Shown piece after piece: positions 29,413-39,403 of a DNA stretch of 64,000 nt. The notes beneath the pieces were generated by a model, which searched no databases, was not told the DNA's origin, and saw only the letters and a list, made by a program, of their open reading frames with translations. Within the stretch, counting starts at the first letter, position 1; each line of letters opens with the position of its first letter. A program made the position numbers and the translations under genes. The DNA comes from Bradymonadia bacterium. GTDB lineage: Bacteria > Myxococcota_A > Bradymonadia > UBA7976 > UBA1532. Location: contig JBKAGE010000075.1 of assembly GCA_046290225.1 (NCBI GenBank), forward strand, positions 1 to 64,000, given 5' to 3'.

Positions 29413-30633
29413 TCAGGTTTCGAACAGCTCAGTGCACACCTGCGACAACGCATGCTGGGTCAGATGCGCGATGTCGAGATGGCGCTCCTCGGCCTCGATG
29501 GCGTCTACAGAAGGGTGCAGAGCAGGATGAGCCGGGGTCATCAGCGCGCAGCAGTCCGGGTATGGCCGAACCGAGATCTCATAGGTGCCCAACGCGCGAG
29601 CCTCGGCGATGATCTGATCTTTGTGCGCCCCCACCAGGGGCCTCAGAATCAATGCCCCAGGGGGCAAGGCACCCTGGGCGCGGCTGAGGGCCTCCAGTGT
29701 CTGACTGGCCACCTGTCCAAGGCTTTCACCGGTGCCCAGGGCCCCGAGGCCTCGGGCGTGGGCGAGGTGGTGGGCCACCCGCATCATGTGTCGTCGCAGC
29801 AGCACCAGCCGGTGAGCGGGATCGCAGTGGGCGTTCAGCTGTTCGAAGACCCTGGTGAGAGGGATCACGTGCAGGGGCAGGGGCTGCGACTGCCGGCGGC
29901 CCAGCAGGCGGCTGAGGAGCCTGACCTTCTCCACCGCCTCTGCACCTGTGAGAGGTGGCGCCGTGAAATGAACCGCCTCCAACGTGCACCCTCGCTGTTG
30001 CAGTCGATCGCCCGCCACAGGGGAATCGATGCCGCCGCTCAGCAGCAACAGGACCCCACCCGTGCTGCCCGAAGGCAGCCCGCCAGCACCTTCGAGACGT
30101 CGAGCGGACAGGTACACCGCGCGACGCATGATCTCCACCGTGAGCACGCGATCACGCTGTTTGAAGCTGGCCTGCCGGTCCAGAGCCGTCTGAAGCGGGC
30201 CGCCAATGAGGCGGCTCACTGCCTGAGAGTCGATGGGAAACGTTTTGTCGAGGCGTTTGGTCTTCACCTTGAAGGGCCCCGGATCGTGCTGCCAGGCCTC
30301 GGTGCAGAGGCCGTGGGCGGCCTGAAGCAGTGGGGCGAGCATGGCGCTGTGCCCTGACTGCTCGTCGAGGACGTCACGGGGCACCCGCATCGCTGGGCTG
30401 ACGCTCGCCACCCCTGGACAGCGGGCCACTTGAGCGGCCACAGCGTCGAGGACGACAGGCGCTTTGGGCGTGATGAAGATGCGGTGGTGTCCCTGCCAGA
30501 TCTCTGCCTCGGGATCCAGGCGACGGGCCACCGATCTCACGTGTGCCAGGAGCAGACGGGAGAAGTGGCGGCGGTTGCCTCCCTTCAGATGAATCTCGTC
30601 GGTACGAATCACCAGCATCAGTGGCCAGCTCAT
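29413..30633 (-). CDS. thiI: tRNA 4-thiouridine(8) synthase ThiI (THUMP + PP-loop, no rhodanese domain)
   Basis: EIHLKGGNR, LLSGGIDSPVA, TGESLGQVASQT, ILRPL, YPDCC; ATGA overlap with the desulfurase stop. Confidence 0.9.
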   Translation of the reverse strand: MSWPLMLVIRTDEIHLKGGNRRHFSRLLLAHVRSVARRLDPEAEIWQGHHRIFITPKAPVVLDAVAAQVARCPGVASVSPAMRVPRDVLDEQSGHSAMLAPLLQAAHGLCTEAWQHDPGPFKVKTKRLDKTFPIDSQAVSRLIGGPLQTALDRQASFKQRDRVLTVEIMRRAVYLSARRLEGAGGLPSGSTGGVLLLLSGGIDSPVAGDRLQQRGCTLEAVHFTAPPLTGAEAVEKVRLLSRLLGRRQSQPLPLHVIPLTRVFEQLNAHCDPAHRLVLLRRHMMRVAHHLAHARGLGALGTGESLGQVASQTLEALSRAQGALPPGALILRPLVGAHKDQIIAEARALGTYEISVRPYPDCCALMTPAHPALHPSVDAIEAEERHLDIAHLTQHALSQVCTELFET

Positions 30634-31817
30634 CTCGTAGGCTCCAGAAGGTGTGCGAGGCTCTGGCCGGCTTCGGCGATCCGGACAATGCACGCGTCGA
30701 TATCCGCTTCGGTGGTCTCACGGCCTAAAGAAACCCTCAACCATGCTCCGGCCTTCGCCTCACGGCCCATGGCCTCGAGTACATGACTGAAGTCTGTGCG
30801 GTGGTGAGTGCGACAGGCGCTGCCACTGGACACCGAGACACCTCGAGCATGCACGGCGTTGAGCAAAGGTCCGCCAGGGAGCCCTGGCCAGTGGAGCAGT
30901 GCCAGGTTGCACAGTCGATGGGGGGCCTCTGGCCCTTCGAGTACGACCTCGGGCACGTGGGCCTTCAGCCCATCTACGAGCCGTGTGATCAGCAACGCTT
31001 CTTCCGATGGTCGGGTGCGTTGACGTTCGATGGCGTGTAACAGCGTCGTCGACATCGCCCAGGCGAGAGGCGCTGAAGGCGTACCGCCGCGCATGCCGCC
31101 TTCCTGGCCGCCTCCGCCAAAGACCGGCTCCAGGGCACACCGGGTCCAGAGCAGCCCCACCCCTTTGGGACCATGGGCCTTGTGCGCGCTCAAGGCGACA
31201 CAGTCAGCCACTTCGAAGGTTGTGCGCAGAGGCAGGCGGCCCAGGGCCTGAGTGGCGTCGACGACCACCCGGGCCCGTGGACTGTGGGCTCTGATCAGCG
31301 TGGTGAGCATCGCCACATCATTGATGGCCCCCGTCTCGTTATTGGCCAGCGTCAAGACCACCAGTCGGGTGTGGACATCGAGGTGTTCGCTCAAACGCGA
31401 CGGATCCACACGGCCATCTGGAGTGAGGGGGGCGCTGTCGACGCGCCATCGATGCAGCCTGCGCAATCGGGCCATTGCCTGGAGTCCGCAGGCATGTGCA
31501 CCCGCATCGATCACACCATGGTGGGGTCGCTCCGTGGCCTGACCGAGGATCGCGAGCCCCATGGCTTCCGTGGCCCCTGAGGTAAAGAGCACACGGGCCG
31601 ATGGATCATCCGCGCCCAGGGCGGCGGAAATGCGATCTCGGGCATCCTCGAGCAACCTCCGGGCGCCGAGGCCCTCAGTATACGCAGCGCTCGGATTCCC
31701 GAAGTGTGACAGGGTGTGCTGGTGCAGCTGTGCCGCGATTCCCTGGTCCACAGGCGTGGTGGCGGCATAGTCGAGATAGATGGTGCCGGCCTGTGTTCCA
31801 TGAGCTGTGGTGTGCAT
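30630..31817 (-). CDS. Cysteine desulfurase (IscS/NifS family)
   Basis: IYLDYAATTP, FGNPS, FTSGATE, NNETG, DATQ, SAHKAHGPKG (PLP Lys), SSGSAC catalytic Cys. Confidence 0.9.
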   Translation of the reverse strand: MHTTAHGTQAGTIYLDYAATTPVDQGIAAQLHQHTLSHFGNPSAAYTEGLGARRLLEDARDRISAALGADDPSARVLFTSGATEAMGLAILGQATERPHHGVIDAGAHACGLQAMARLRRLHRWRVDSAPLTPDGRVDPSRLSEHLDVHTRLVVLTLANNETGAINDVAMLTTLIRAHSPRARVVVDATQALGRLPLRTTFEVADCVALSAHKAHGPKGVGLLWTRCALEPVFGGGGQEGGMRGGTPSAPLAWAMSTTLLHAIERQRTRPSEEALLITRLVDGLKAHVPEVVLEGPEAPHRLCNLALLHWPGLPGGPLLNAVHARGVSVSSGSACRTHHRTDFSHVLEAMGREAKAGAWLRVSLGRETTEADIDACIVRIAEAGQSLAHLLEPTR

Positions 31818-31929
31818 GCGGGACTCCCAGAGCACGAGAGGGGTCGAAGCCGACCTGAGGTTCATTTATAACTCGCCTGCACGGCGAGCGGACGATGGAG
31901 CACCTTTGCCCCCTCTTCAACCCCACTGG

Positions 31930-33096
31930 ATGATCGAACCTGCCTCTGGCGCACCTGCCGAGGGGCTGGCCATCTACGTGCACTACCCGTTCTGTGCTCG
32001 GCGGTGCCCCTACTGCGATTTCAACGTCGCAGTTCAGGCGAGCATCCCCCACGCGCAGTATCGAGAAGCCATCCTCGCCGAGCTCGCGATACGCGCCCCA
32101 CAGTTCTCCGGGCCCTCAGTCAGCCTGTACTTCGGAGGCGGCACACCCGCGCTGTGGCCTGCGGAAGAGATCGGTCGGGTGATCGAGGGGGTGAGGGCGA
32201 GCACTGGCCTCGTGGACAACGCCGAGATTACGGTGGAGTGCAACCCCGGTGAGATACGCCCAGAGGGCTTTGCTGCCCTGAGAGCGGTCGGGGTGAACCG
32301 ACTCAGCCTCGGCACCCAGTCCTTCGACGATCAAACCCTCGCAGCTCTGGGGCGTCGTAACCGGGCCGAAGACAATCGTCGTGCCGTGATGGCCCTGCAG
32401 GCGGCGGGGTTCGAGAACTTCAGCCTCGATCTCATACAAGGCATCTCGGGACAGACCGTTGAGGGCGCCCTCGAGGACGTCGAGCGTACCCTCGAGCTCG
32501 GCCCCGCTCACATCTCCACCTATCAGCTGACGATTGCACCACAGACCCCCTTTGGCGCCCGGGCGGCCCGAGGCGAAGTGCTCACTGTGCCCGACGATGC
32601 CCAGCTCGCCATCTACGAGGGCACCAGGGACAAGCTCGCCGAGGCGGGCATCGAACCCTATGAGATCGCCAACGCAGGCCGAGCGGGCTGGCAGGCGGTG
32701 CACAACAGCGCCTATTGGGTCGGGTTGCCGTATATGGCCCTCGGTGCCGGGGCCCACGGCTTCAACCATGGCGTCGGCGCTGAAGGCAGGTGGGGGGTGC
32801 GATGGGAGAACACCAGACACCCCAGTCGTTACATGGAGGCTGCGCTCTCTGGAGAGCCCGGCGAGACATTTCGGGAGCTGCTCACCGAAGAGCAGCTCGA
32901 CGTCGAACGGATCATGACGGGGCTCAGGCTTGATCGTGGCCTGCGCACCACAGAGCGCTTGAGGGCGCGATATGGGACCGGGGCAGAGGCTGCCGAGCGA
33001 CGCGGCTGGCTCTGGAGAGACGAGGGCCTGTGGCGCCTGAGCCCCCGTGGCAGGGCCCTGCTCGACACTGTCTTGCTGACAATTGTCGATGTGTAG
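31930..33096 (+). CDS. hemW: Radical SAM heme chaperone HemW (HemN-like)
   Basis: YVHYPFCARRCPYCDFN (CxxxCxxC), YFGGGTP, RLSLGTQSF, HISTYQL, YEIAN, HNSAYW; lies upstream of grpE. Start uncertain. Confidence 0.88.
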   Translation: MIEPASGAPAEGLAIYVHYPFCARRCPYCDFNVAVQASIPHAQYREAILAELAIRAPQFSGPSVSLYFGGGTPALWPAEEIGRVIEGVRASTGLVDNAEITVECNPGEIRPEGFAALRAVGVNRLSLGTQSFDDQTLAALGRRNRAEDNRRAVMALQAAGFENFSLDLIQGISGQTVEGALEDVERTLELGPAHISTYQLTIAPQTPFGARAARGEVLTVPDDAQLAIYEGTRDKLAEAGIEPYEIANAGRAGWQAVHNSAYWVGLPYMALGAGAHGFNHGVGAEGRWGVRWENTRHPSRYMEAALSGEPGETFRELLTEEQLDVERIMTGLRLDRGLRTTERLRARYGTGAEAAERRGWLWRDEGLWRLSPRGRALLDTVLLTIVDV

Positions 33097-33177
33097 GGTA
33101 GTGTAAGCAGGACGATGGCGTCGAGATCAGCTAGAGTGCATCGCGGTCGTCATGAGTGTGGGTCACATCGGATCAAG

Positions 33178-33207
33178 GGTTGACAAAACCTTCTTTGGAT
33201 CCCATCT
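33178..33207 (+). promoter_or_regulatory. Candidate promoter for grpE (heat-shock sigma-like)
   Basis: TTGACA at 33180-33185 and CCCATCT at 33201-33207, resembling RpoH-type -35/-10 boxes, ~60 nt upstream of grpE. Confidence 0.35.
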
Positions 33208-33267
33208 GCCTATGCCGAAGACTGATCAGAGAGAGGCTGCGCCGACCAAGGACGCGTAGAGGAGCCC

Positions 33268-33837
33268 ATGTCAGAGGAAGAAAAGACGCTCGATGAAGCC
33301 GTGAACACCCCCACTGGTGCAGCAGAGGCTGCTGCGGGGGAGGCTCAAGGGCTCGACGACAGCCCCACCGTGGCCGAAAGCGGCACCGAGCAGGCCATGA
33401 AGCACGAGCTCGACCAGTGGAAGGCCAAAGCCTATCGCGCTGCTGCAGATCTCGACAACAGCCGCAAGCGTATGCTCCGGGAGCTCGAAGAGGCGCGCAA
33501 GTTCGCCATCGACGGAGTGTTGAGGGATCTGTTCCCCGTGTCCGACAACCTCGACCGGGCTGTCAGCGCCGCTGATGACGACAACGATCCTGTGGTGCAG
33601 GGGGTGAAGATGGTGCTCAACCAGCTCGCCGAGATGCTCAAGCGCCACGGCGCAACGAGCTTCGACCCCAAAGGCTCGCCCTTCGATCCCCAGTTCCACG
33701 AGGCCATGAGCCAGATGCCCACCGCCGATGCCGAGCCCGGCACTGTGGTCGAGGTGTTTCAGAAGGGGTGGATGTTGCACGACAGGCTTGCACGCCCCGC
33801 CATGGTGATCGTCGCCTCAGCGCCTCCCGAGGAATAA
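33268..33837 (+). CDS. grpE: Nucleotide exchange factor GrpE
   Basis: ADLDNSRKR, DNLDRA, FDPQFHEAM, QKGWMLHDRLARPAMV; GAGGAG RBS. Confidence 0.96.
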   Translation: MSEEEKTLDEAVNTPTGAAEAAAGEAQGLDDSPTVAESGTEQAMKHELDQWKAKAYRAAADLDNSRKRMLRELEEARKFAIDGVLRDLFPVSDNLDRAVSAADDDNDPVVQGVKMVLNQLAEMLKRHGATSFDPKGSPFDPQFHEAMSQMPTADAEPGTVVEVFQKGWMLHDRLARPAMVIVASAPPEE

Positions 33838-33867
33838 GTCCGAGGCGAGAGACCAGGGCACGAGACA

Positions 33868-33899
33868 GAAAAATCACCTCTCCCAGAGGTGCTTTTTTC
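33868..33899 (+). terminator. Intrinsic terminator-like hairpin between grpE and dnaK
   Basis: GAAAAAT-CACCTCT-CCC-AGAGGTG-CTTTTTT: 7-bp stem with a T-tract and a mirrored A-tract. Confidence 0.55.
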
Positions 33900-33979
33900 A
33901 CGGGCTGCGCTTTCGCGGGCAATGTGTGGTAGACCGGAATTGTGCCTCCTGAAGGGGGCGTCGAGACAAGAGGACCTAC

Positions 33980-35803
33980 GTGTCGCGGATCATCGGCATT
34001 GACCTGGGCACCACCAACTCCTGCGTAGCGGTGCTCGAAGGGGGGGAGGCGGTGGTCATCCCCAACACTGAAGGCAGTCGCACCACCCCTTCGATGGTGG
34101 CCATCACCGAGAGCGGCGAGCGACTCGTCGGGCAGATCGCCAAACGTCAGGCGGTGACCAACCCCGCCGACACGGTCTTCGCGGCCAAGCGCCTCATCGG
34201 TCGCAAGATCGATACGCCCGAGCTGGAAGATCACCTCGATCGCTACCCCTACAAGATCGTCGCTGCCGACAACCAGGATGCCTGGGTCGAGCTTCGCGGT
34301 GACACGTACAGCCCCATCGAGGTGTCGAGCTTCATTTTGGCCAAGATGAAGCAGGTCGCCGAAGACTACCTCGGCGAAGAAGTGACCGACGCGGTGATCA
34401 CCGTGCCGGCCTACTTCAACGATCATCAGCGCCAGGGCACCAAAGATGCCGGGCGGATCGCCGGCCTGAACGTGCTCCGCATCATCAACGAGCCCACCGC
34501 TGCCGCCTTGGCCTATGGGCTCAACCGGGACGACGTCCGCCACATCGCCATCTATGATCTCGGCGGGGGCACCTTCGACATCTCGGTGCTCGAGGTCGGT
34601 GACGGCCTGTTCGAGGTCCGCTCCACCAGCGGTGACACCTACCTCGGCGGTGAAGATTTCGACATGCGTCTGCTTGATCACTTCATCGACGACTTCAAGG
34701 CCGCCGAGGGCATCGATCTCAAGCAGGACAAGATGGCGCTCCAGCGCCTCAAAGAGGCCGCCGAGCGGGCCAAGCACGAGCTGAGCTCTGCCCTCGAGAC
34801 CGACATCAATCTGCCCTTCATCACCGCCGACGCCACAGGGCCGAAGCACCTCGAGGCCACGCTCACCCGGGCCCAGTTCGAGTCCATGGTGTCCGACCTC
34901 GTCGAGCGCACCTTGACGCCATGCCAGGCGGCCTTGGACGACGCCAACCTCTCCATCGACGACATCGACGCGGTGGTGCTTGTGGGCGGCATGACCCGCA
35001 TGCCCCTGGTGCAGCAGAAGGTCGAAGCCTTCTTCAATCGCGCGCCGAGCAAGGGGGTGAACCCCGATGAGGTCGTGGCGGTGGGCGCTGCGATCCAGGG
35101 CGGGGTGCTCTCCGGTGAAGTGGAAGACGTCATCCTGCTCGACGTCACCCCGCTCTCTCTCGGTGTCGAGACCCGAGGTGGGGTCTTCACCCGCATGATC
35201 GAGCGGAACACCACCATCCCGTACAGCTACAGCCAGGTCTTCAGCACCGCCGTCGACAACCAGCCCATGGTGTCGGTGCACGTGCTGCAGGGCGAGCGTG
35301 AGATGGTGGATGACAACCAGTCGCTCGCCCGCTTCGAACTCCACGGTATCCCGCCGGCCCCTCGGGGGATCCCCCAGGTCGAGGTGACCTTCGAGCTGGA
35401 TGTCGATGGCATTTTGCACGTGGCCGCGAAGGATCTGGGCACCGGCCGTGAGCAGCGGGTCGAGGTGCGCATCTCCAGTGGCCTGAGCGAGTCGGCCATT
35501 CAGGACATGATCTCTGACGCCGAGGATCACCGCCAGCAAGACGCCACGCGCCGGGAGCTCACTGAGCTGAAGAACCAGGGCGAGGGGCTCATCTACACCA
35601 CCGAGCGATCCCTCAACGAGTACAGCGATCTCATCAGCGCAGCCGATCAGCAGGAGATCATCAGCGACATCAGCACGCTGCGAGAGTGCCTGCAAGAGGG
35701 TGACGTCGAAGAGCTCAAGCTCGCGATCCAGAACCTCGAGCAGTCGGCCTACCGCATCGCCGACGCCATCTACGCCGGGGTGGGTGGGAACTCCGAGGGG
35801 TGA
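33980..35803 (+). CDS. dnaK: Molecular chaperone DnaK (Hsp70)
   Basis: [44 protein letters not shown] start; 607 aa. Confidence 0.97.
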   Translation: MSRIIGIDLGTTNSCVAVLEGGEAVVIPNTEGSRTTPSMVAITESGERLVGQIAKRQAVTNPADTVFAAKRLIGRKIDTPELEDHLDRYPYKIVAADNQDAWVELRGDTYSPIEVSSFILAKMKQVAEDYLGEEVTDAVITVPAYFNDHQRQGTKDAGRIAGLNVLRIINEPTAAALAYGLNRDDVRHIAIYDLGGGTFDISVLEVGDGLFEVRSTSGDTYLGGEDFDMRLLDHFIDDFKAAEGIDLKQDKMALQRLKEAAERAKHELSSALETDINLPFITADATGPKHLEATLTRAQFESMVSDLVERTLTPCQAALDDANLSIDDIDAVVLVGGMTRMPLVQQKVEAFFNRAPSKGVNPDEVVAVGAAIQGGVLSGEVEDVILLDVTPLSLGVETRGGVFTRMIERNTTIPYSYSQVFSTAVDNQPMVSVHVLQGEREMVDDNQSLARFELHGIPPAPRGIPQVEVTFELDVDGILHVAAKDLGTGREQRVEVRISSGLSESAIQDMISDAEDHRQQDATRRELTELKNQGEGLIYTTERSLNEYSDLISAADQQEIISDISTLRECLQEGDVEELKLAIQNLEQSAYRIADAIYAGVGGNSEG

Positions 35804-36924
35804 GCGACAAGGCCGATTATTACGAGCTGTTGGGCGTCTCGCGCGACGTGGGGCCCAACGAGCTGAAGAAAGCCTATCGCAAGCTCGCCTTGCGGTATCA
35901 CCCTGATCGAAACCCCGACGACCCTTCTGCAGAAGAGCAGTTCAAGGCCCTCGGTGAGGCCTATGCCGTGCTCTCTGATCCAGAGAAGCGCCGCCTCTAC
36001 GACACCTATGGCCACGAAGCCACCGATCGGGCGAGCCCATTTGGCGCCAGTGGTGGTTTTGCCATGGACCCCAACGACATGCGGTCCATCTTCGGCGATC
36101 TCTTCGATGAGATCTTCGGTGGCTTCTTCCGGCGCTCTTCCACCCAACATGGTCGGGACATCCGCAGCCGGATTACGCTCACCCTCGAAGAGGCCGCCAC
36201 TGGGGTGGAGAAAGATCTGACCTTCCAGCGCGCGGCACCGTGCAAGGCCTGTGATGGCTCCGGCAGCGATCCCCGGGGGGCGCCGCCCAAAAAGTGTCCC
36301 ACCTGTCGCGGGATGGGCCAGGTGCGGGTGAGCCAGGGCTTCATCGCCATGGTGCAGAGCTGCCCTGACTGCCACGGCGTCGGCACCCTCATCGTCGATC
36401 CGTGCACAGTGTGCGGCGGCACTGGCCAACGTCGTGAAGAGCACACGCTGCACCTGCCGATTCCACCTGGGGTGGAGTCGGGGGTGAAGCTGCGCGTTGA
36501 CGGTGAAGGCGAGCAGGGCCGCTCAGGGGGGATGGCCGGTGATCTCTACGTGGAGATCGAGGTGGAGCCGCACCCATTCTTTCAGCGCGATGGCAGCGAC
36601 GTGCTCTGTGAGGTGCCCATCTCGTTTCCCCAGGCGGCTCTGGGCACCCAGATCGAGGTGCCCACCCTCGACGGCAAGGTGAAGGTGAAGGTGCCTTCAG
36701 GCACGCAGTCAGGCCGCATCTTGAGGCTGAGGGGCAAGGGCATCAAGCATGTGCAGGGCCGTGGTCACGGTGACCAGCTCGTGCGCCTGCAAGTGGAGAC
36801 ACCGAGCAATCTCTCCGCTCGCCAGAAGCAACTGTTGCAGGAGTTCGAGTCGCTCAGCGGCAGCGGCGCTGGTCAGCCCCAGCGCAAAGGCTTCCTCGAC
36901 AAGCTACGTGACTTCTTCGACTGA
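35800..36924 (+). CDS. dnaJ: Molecular chaperone DnaJ
   Basis: J-domain YHPDRN, G/F region, four CxxCxGxG motifs; GTGA overlap with dnaK. Confidence 0.97.
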   Translation: MSDKADYYELLGVSRDVGPNELKKAYRKLALRYHPDRNPDDPSAEEQFKALGEAYAVLSDPEKRRLYDTYGHEATDRASPFGASGGFAMDPNDMRSIFGDLFDEIFGGFFRRSSTQHGRDIRSRITLTLEEAATGVEKDLTFQRAAPCKACDGSGSDPRGAPPKKCPTCRGMGQVRVSQGFIAMVQSCPDCHGVGTLIVDPCTVCGGTGQRREEHTLHLPIPPGVESGVKLRVDGEGEQGRSGGMAGDLYVEIEVEPHPFFQRDGSDVLCEVPISFPQAALGTQIEVPTLDGKVKVKVPSGTQSGRILRLRGKGIKHVQGRGHGDQLVRLQVETPSNLSARQKQLLQEFESLSGSGAGQPQRKGFLDKLRDFFD

Positions 36925-37087
36925 GAAGCGGCCCCGAGCGGGCCACCATTCGGCGATTCAGCCGCAACCAGAACACCACCTGAATATCTGTGCAGAGTGA
37001 AGAGCAACGAGGCGTTGATCCTGTGGGATCTCTCGTTATCGTCATGCACGGTAGATTTTCGCACAGCCGAAACACTGGAGATTCCAG

Positions 37088-37867
37088 ATGCGCACTCACT
37101 CGTTTCTGATGGCCTTCGGCCTGCTCACATGTGCCGCGACCGCGGCGCTCGCCGGTACGCCCGAGGAGCGGGGGCTCGAGATCGCCAAGCAAGCCGACGC
37201 CGCCAACGAGGGGTTCAAGTCCGAGGCGTCGACCCTCGCCATGAAGCTGATCAACGCCCACGGCGATGTCACCGAGCGCAAGATGGAGTCGAAGATCCTC
37301 GAAGGAGATGGAGATGGTGATCGCTCCTTCATCGTCTTCGAGGCCCCCGCCGACGTGAAGAACACCAAGATGCTCACGTGGAGCCACAAAAAAGGCACTG
37401 ACGATCAGTGGCTCTACCTGCCCGCCATCAAGCGCATCAAGCGCATCAGCTCGAGGAACAAGTCGGGCTCGTTCATGGGCAGCGAGTTCGCCTACGAAGA
37501 TCTGTCGAGCCCCGAGGTGGAGAAGTTCACCTACAAGTACCTCGCCGACGTCACCGAGAAGGGTCGCGACTGCTGGCAGATGGAGCGCTACCCCATCGAC
37601 AAGAACAGTGGGTACTCCAAGCAGGTGGTGTGGTTGGACAAGCAATACCAGACCCCCGTGCGCATCGACTTCTACGACCGCAAGGGTGAGCTGCTCAAGG
37701 TGGGCACCTACAGCGGCTACAAGCAGTACGGGAAGTTCTGGCGTTGGGGCGCCATCGAGATGGACAACAAGCAGACCCGGAAGAAGTCGATCATCACCTG
37801 GAATGACCGAAAACTCGGCGTCGATCTCGACACTGATGACTTCGAGCGCGACGCCCTCGAAGAGTAA
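37088..37867 (+). CDS. Outer-membrane lipoprotein-sorting (LolA-like) protein
   Basis: Signal peptide; PADVKNTKML, DDQWLYLPA, SFMGSEFAYEDL, FYDRKGELLK. Confidence 0.88.
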   Translation: MRTHSFLMAFGLLTCAATAALAGTPEERGLEIAKQADAANEGFKSEASTLAMKLINAHGDVTERKMESKILEGDGDGDRSFIVFEAPADVKNTKMLTWSHKKGTDDQWLYLPAIKRIKRISSRNKSGSFMGSEFAYEDLSSPEVEKFTYKYLADVTEKGRDCWQMERYPIDKNSGYSKQVVWLDKQYQTPVRIDFYDRKGELLKVGTYSGYKQYGKFWRWGAIEMDNKQTRKKSIITWNDRKLGVDLDTDDFERDALEE

Positions 37868-38073
37868 GAGGTCCTAACACAACGGCGGACCGAGTCAGGA
37901 AGATGAGGCGCGAGTGAGGCAGTCGAAAGATCCACAGGCGGGCCCGAAGGCCCGTCGAGGACGCTTTCGGCTGTATCGCGAAGTGCATCATCTTCCTGGC
38001 GACGGGAGCAGTTGTGTTAGGACCTCTAAGACTTCACCCACCTACTCCACTTTCAGCCCTACCGGAACGAGCC

Positions 38074-39375
38074 ATGTCTGCTCAGGCCCACGGCCGGATG
38101 CTGGCGATCTGCGCCACGCTCTTGAGTCTCACCACCTCTGCCCATGCCGATCTCAAGAAAGACCTGCGCTTCAAAAGCCGGGGAGAGCTGGCATTGGAGA
38201 GCAGGGTGTTTCCCGATGACGACAATGCCGACACCATCGACCAGGCCATCGGCCTGTTCGGGCGCCTCGAGGCCAAGGCCAAGCAGAAGCCATTTCGTCA
38301 GAAGCTCAGAGTCTTCGGCCGGGTAGACGAGCGCGATCGACAGCGGAGCACCTTCGTCGTGGAAGAGGCCTGGGCGGAGATGCGCCTCAAAGATTTTCGC
38401 CTCAAGATCGGCGTCGACATCGTCAACTGGACCGCCACCGAGGCGTTCCACCCCGCCGACGTACTCAACAGCAGGAACCTCGACAGCGACATCGAGAACT
38501 TCGAGAAGGTGGGCGAGCCCATGGTGACGGCGTCGTACGGCTGGAGCGGGGGTCGCCTGTACCTCTACTTCATGCCCTTCTTCGTCAAACCCATCTTCAC
38601 CAGCCCCAACAGTCGGCTGGCCTTTGGCGCTGGGGAGCCCAATTTCGGCGGCTTCGATCTGCGACGCCCGATTCGGACCGATCGAGACGGTGAGCTGACC
38701 GACGAGCCCCTGGTGCCTCAGGGGGCTGCGCGCATCGTGCAGACCATCGGCAGTGCAGACATCTCGGTGCACGCCCTGCATCAGGCCGATCGCAGCCAGC
38801 CCTACTTCACCTTCGACCCTCAGGCCATGCAGCCCAGGCTGCTGTTCCAAGAGGTCTTCCAGGTGGGTGGCACCTACCAGCAGGTCTTCGAATTCGGGCT
38901 CATCACCAAGCTCGAAGCGGCCCATCGCATGTTCTACACCGGCGACGCCATCATCGGCACAGGCCCTGTGGAAGATCGTGATCACACCCAGGTGGCCGTG
39001 GGCCTGGAGTATGGCATCCCCCACGAATTTGGGGGGGAGTCGACGCTCATCGTTGAGGGCCAGTCCTACTTCGGCGTGTCTGAGGAGATCAGGCAGTTTC
39101 AGCTGGGCATCTTTCAGCGAGACGCCCTCGTGGGGTGGCGCCTGGCCCTGAACGACGAGGACTCCACGGAGATCTTCGCCTCGGTCATCGTCGACGTCGA
39201 GCGCGAGGAGGAGATCCTTGCCAACCTCAGCTACAAGCAGCGTTTCTTCGACACGTGGTCGGCGGCCCTCGCTGTGCGCTGGTATCACGCGCCCCAAAAA
39301 GAAGAGACCCCCATCGGCCTCGAGCTGCTCGACCGGGCAGATCACCTGCGCCTGAACATCACCCGTTATTTCTGA
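38074..39375 (+). CDS. Probable outer-membrane beta-barrel protein
   Basis: Signal peptide, amphipathic strands, C-terminal LRLNITRYF ending in Phe; sits between LolA-like and MMPL genes. Confidence 0.7.
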   Translation: MSAQAHGRMLAICATLLSLTTSAHADLKKDLRFKSRGELALESRVFPDDDNADTIDQAIGLFGRLEAKAKQKPFRQKLRVFGRVDERDRQRSTFVVEEAWAEMRLKDFRLKIGVDIVNWTATEAFHPADVLNSRNLDSDIENFEKVGEPMVTASYGWSGGRLYLYFMPFFVKPIFTSPNSRLAFGAGEPNFGGFDLRRPIRTDRDGELTDEPLVPQGAARIVQTIGSADISVHALHQADRSQPYFTFDPQAMQPRLLFQEVFQVGGTYQQVFEFGLITKLEAAHRMFYTGDAIIGTGPVEDRDHTQVAVGLEYGIPHEFGGESTLIVEGQSYFGVSEEIRQFQLGIFQRDALVGWRLALNDEDSTEIFASVIVDVEREEEILANLSYKQRFFDTWSAALAVRWYHAPQKEETPIGLELLDRADHLRLNITRYF

Positions 39376-39403
39376 CCCTGATTCTGATGTCCGAGAGGCA
39401 GCC

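Noticed and set aside
33115..33141. Possible CIRCE operator upstream of grpE (contains GAGTGC)
   Set aside because: The left arm does not match TTAGCACTC and the 9-nt spacing is not met.
33638..35695. 685-aa antisense ORF over dnaK, and similar long antisense ORFs (e.g. 4249-5721, 14547-16172, 24210-25400, 49426-50811)
   Set aside because: Shadow ORFs expected from strong GC3 bias opposite well-conserved genes; no recognisable motifs.
37937..37956. GC hairpin after the LolA-like gene as a terminator
   Set aside because: No T-tract and it lies within an apparent operon; it may be a stabilising stem but this is unsupported.
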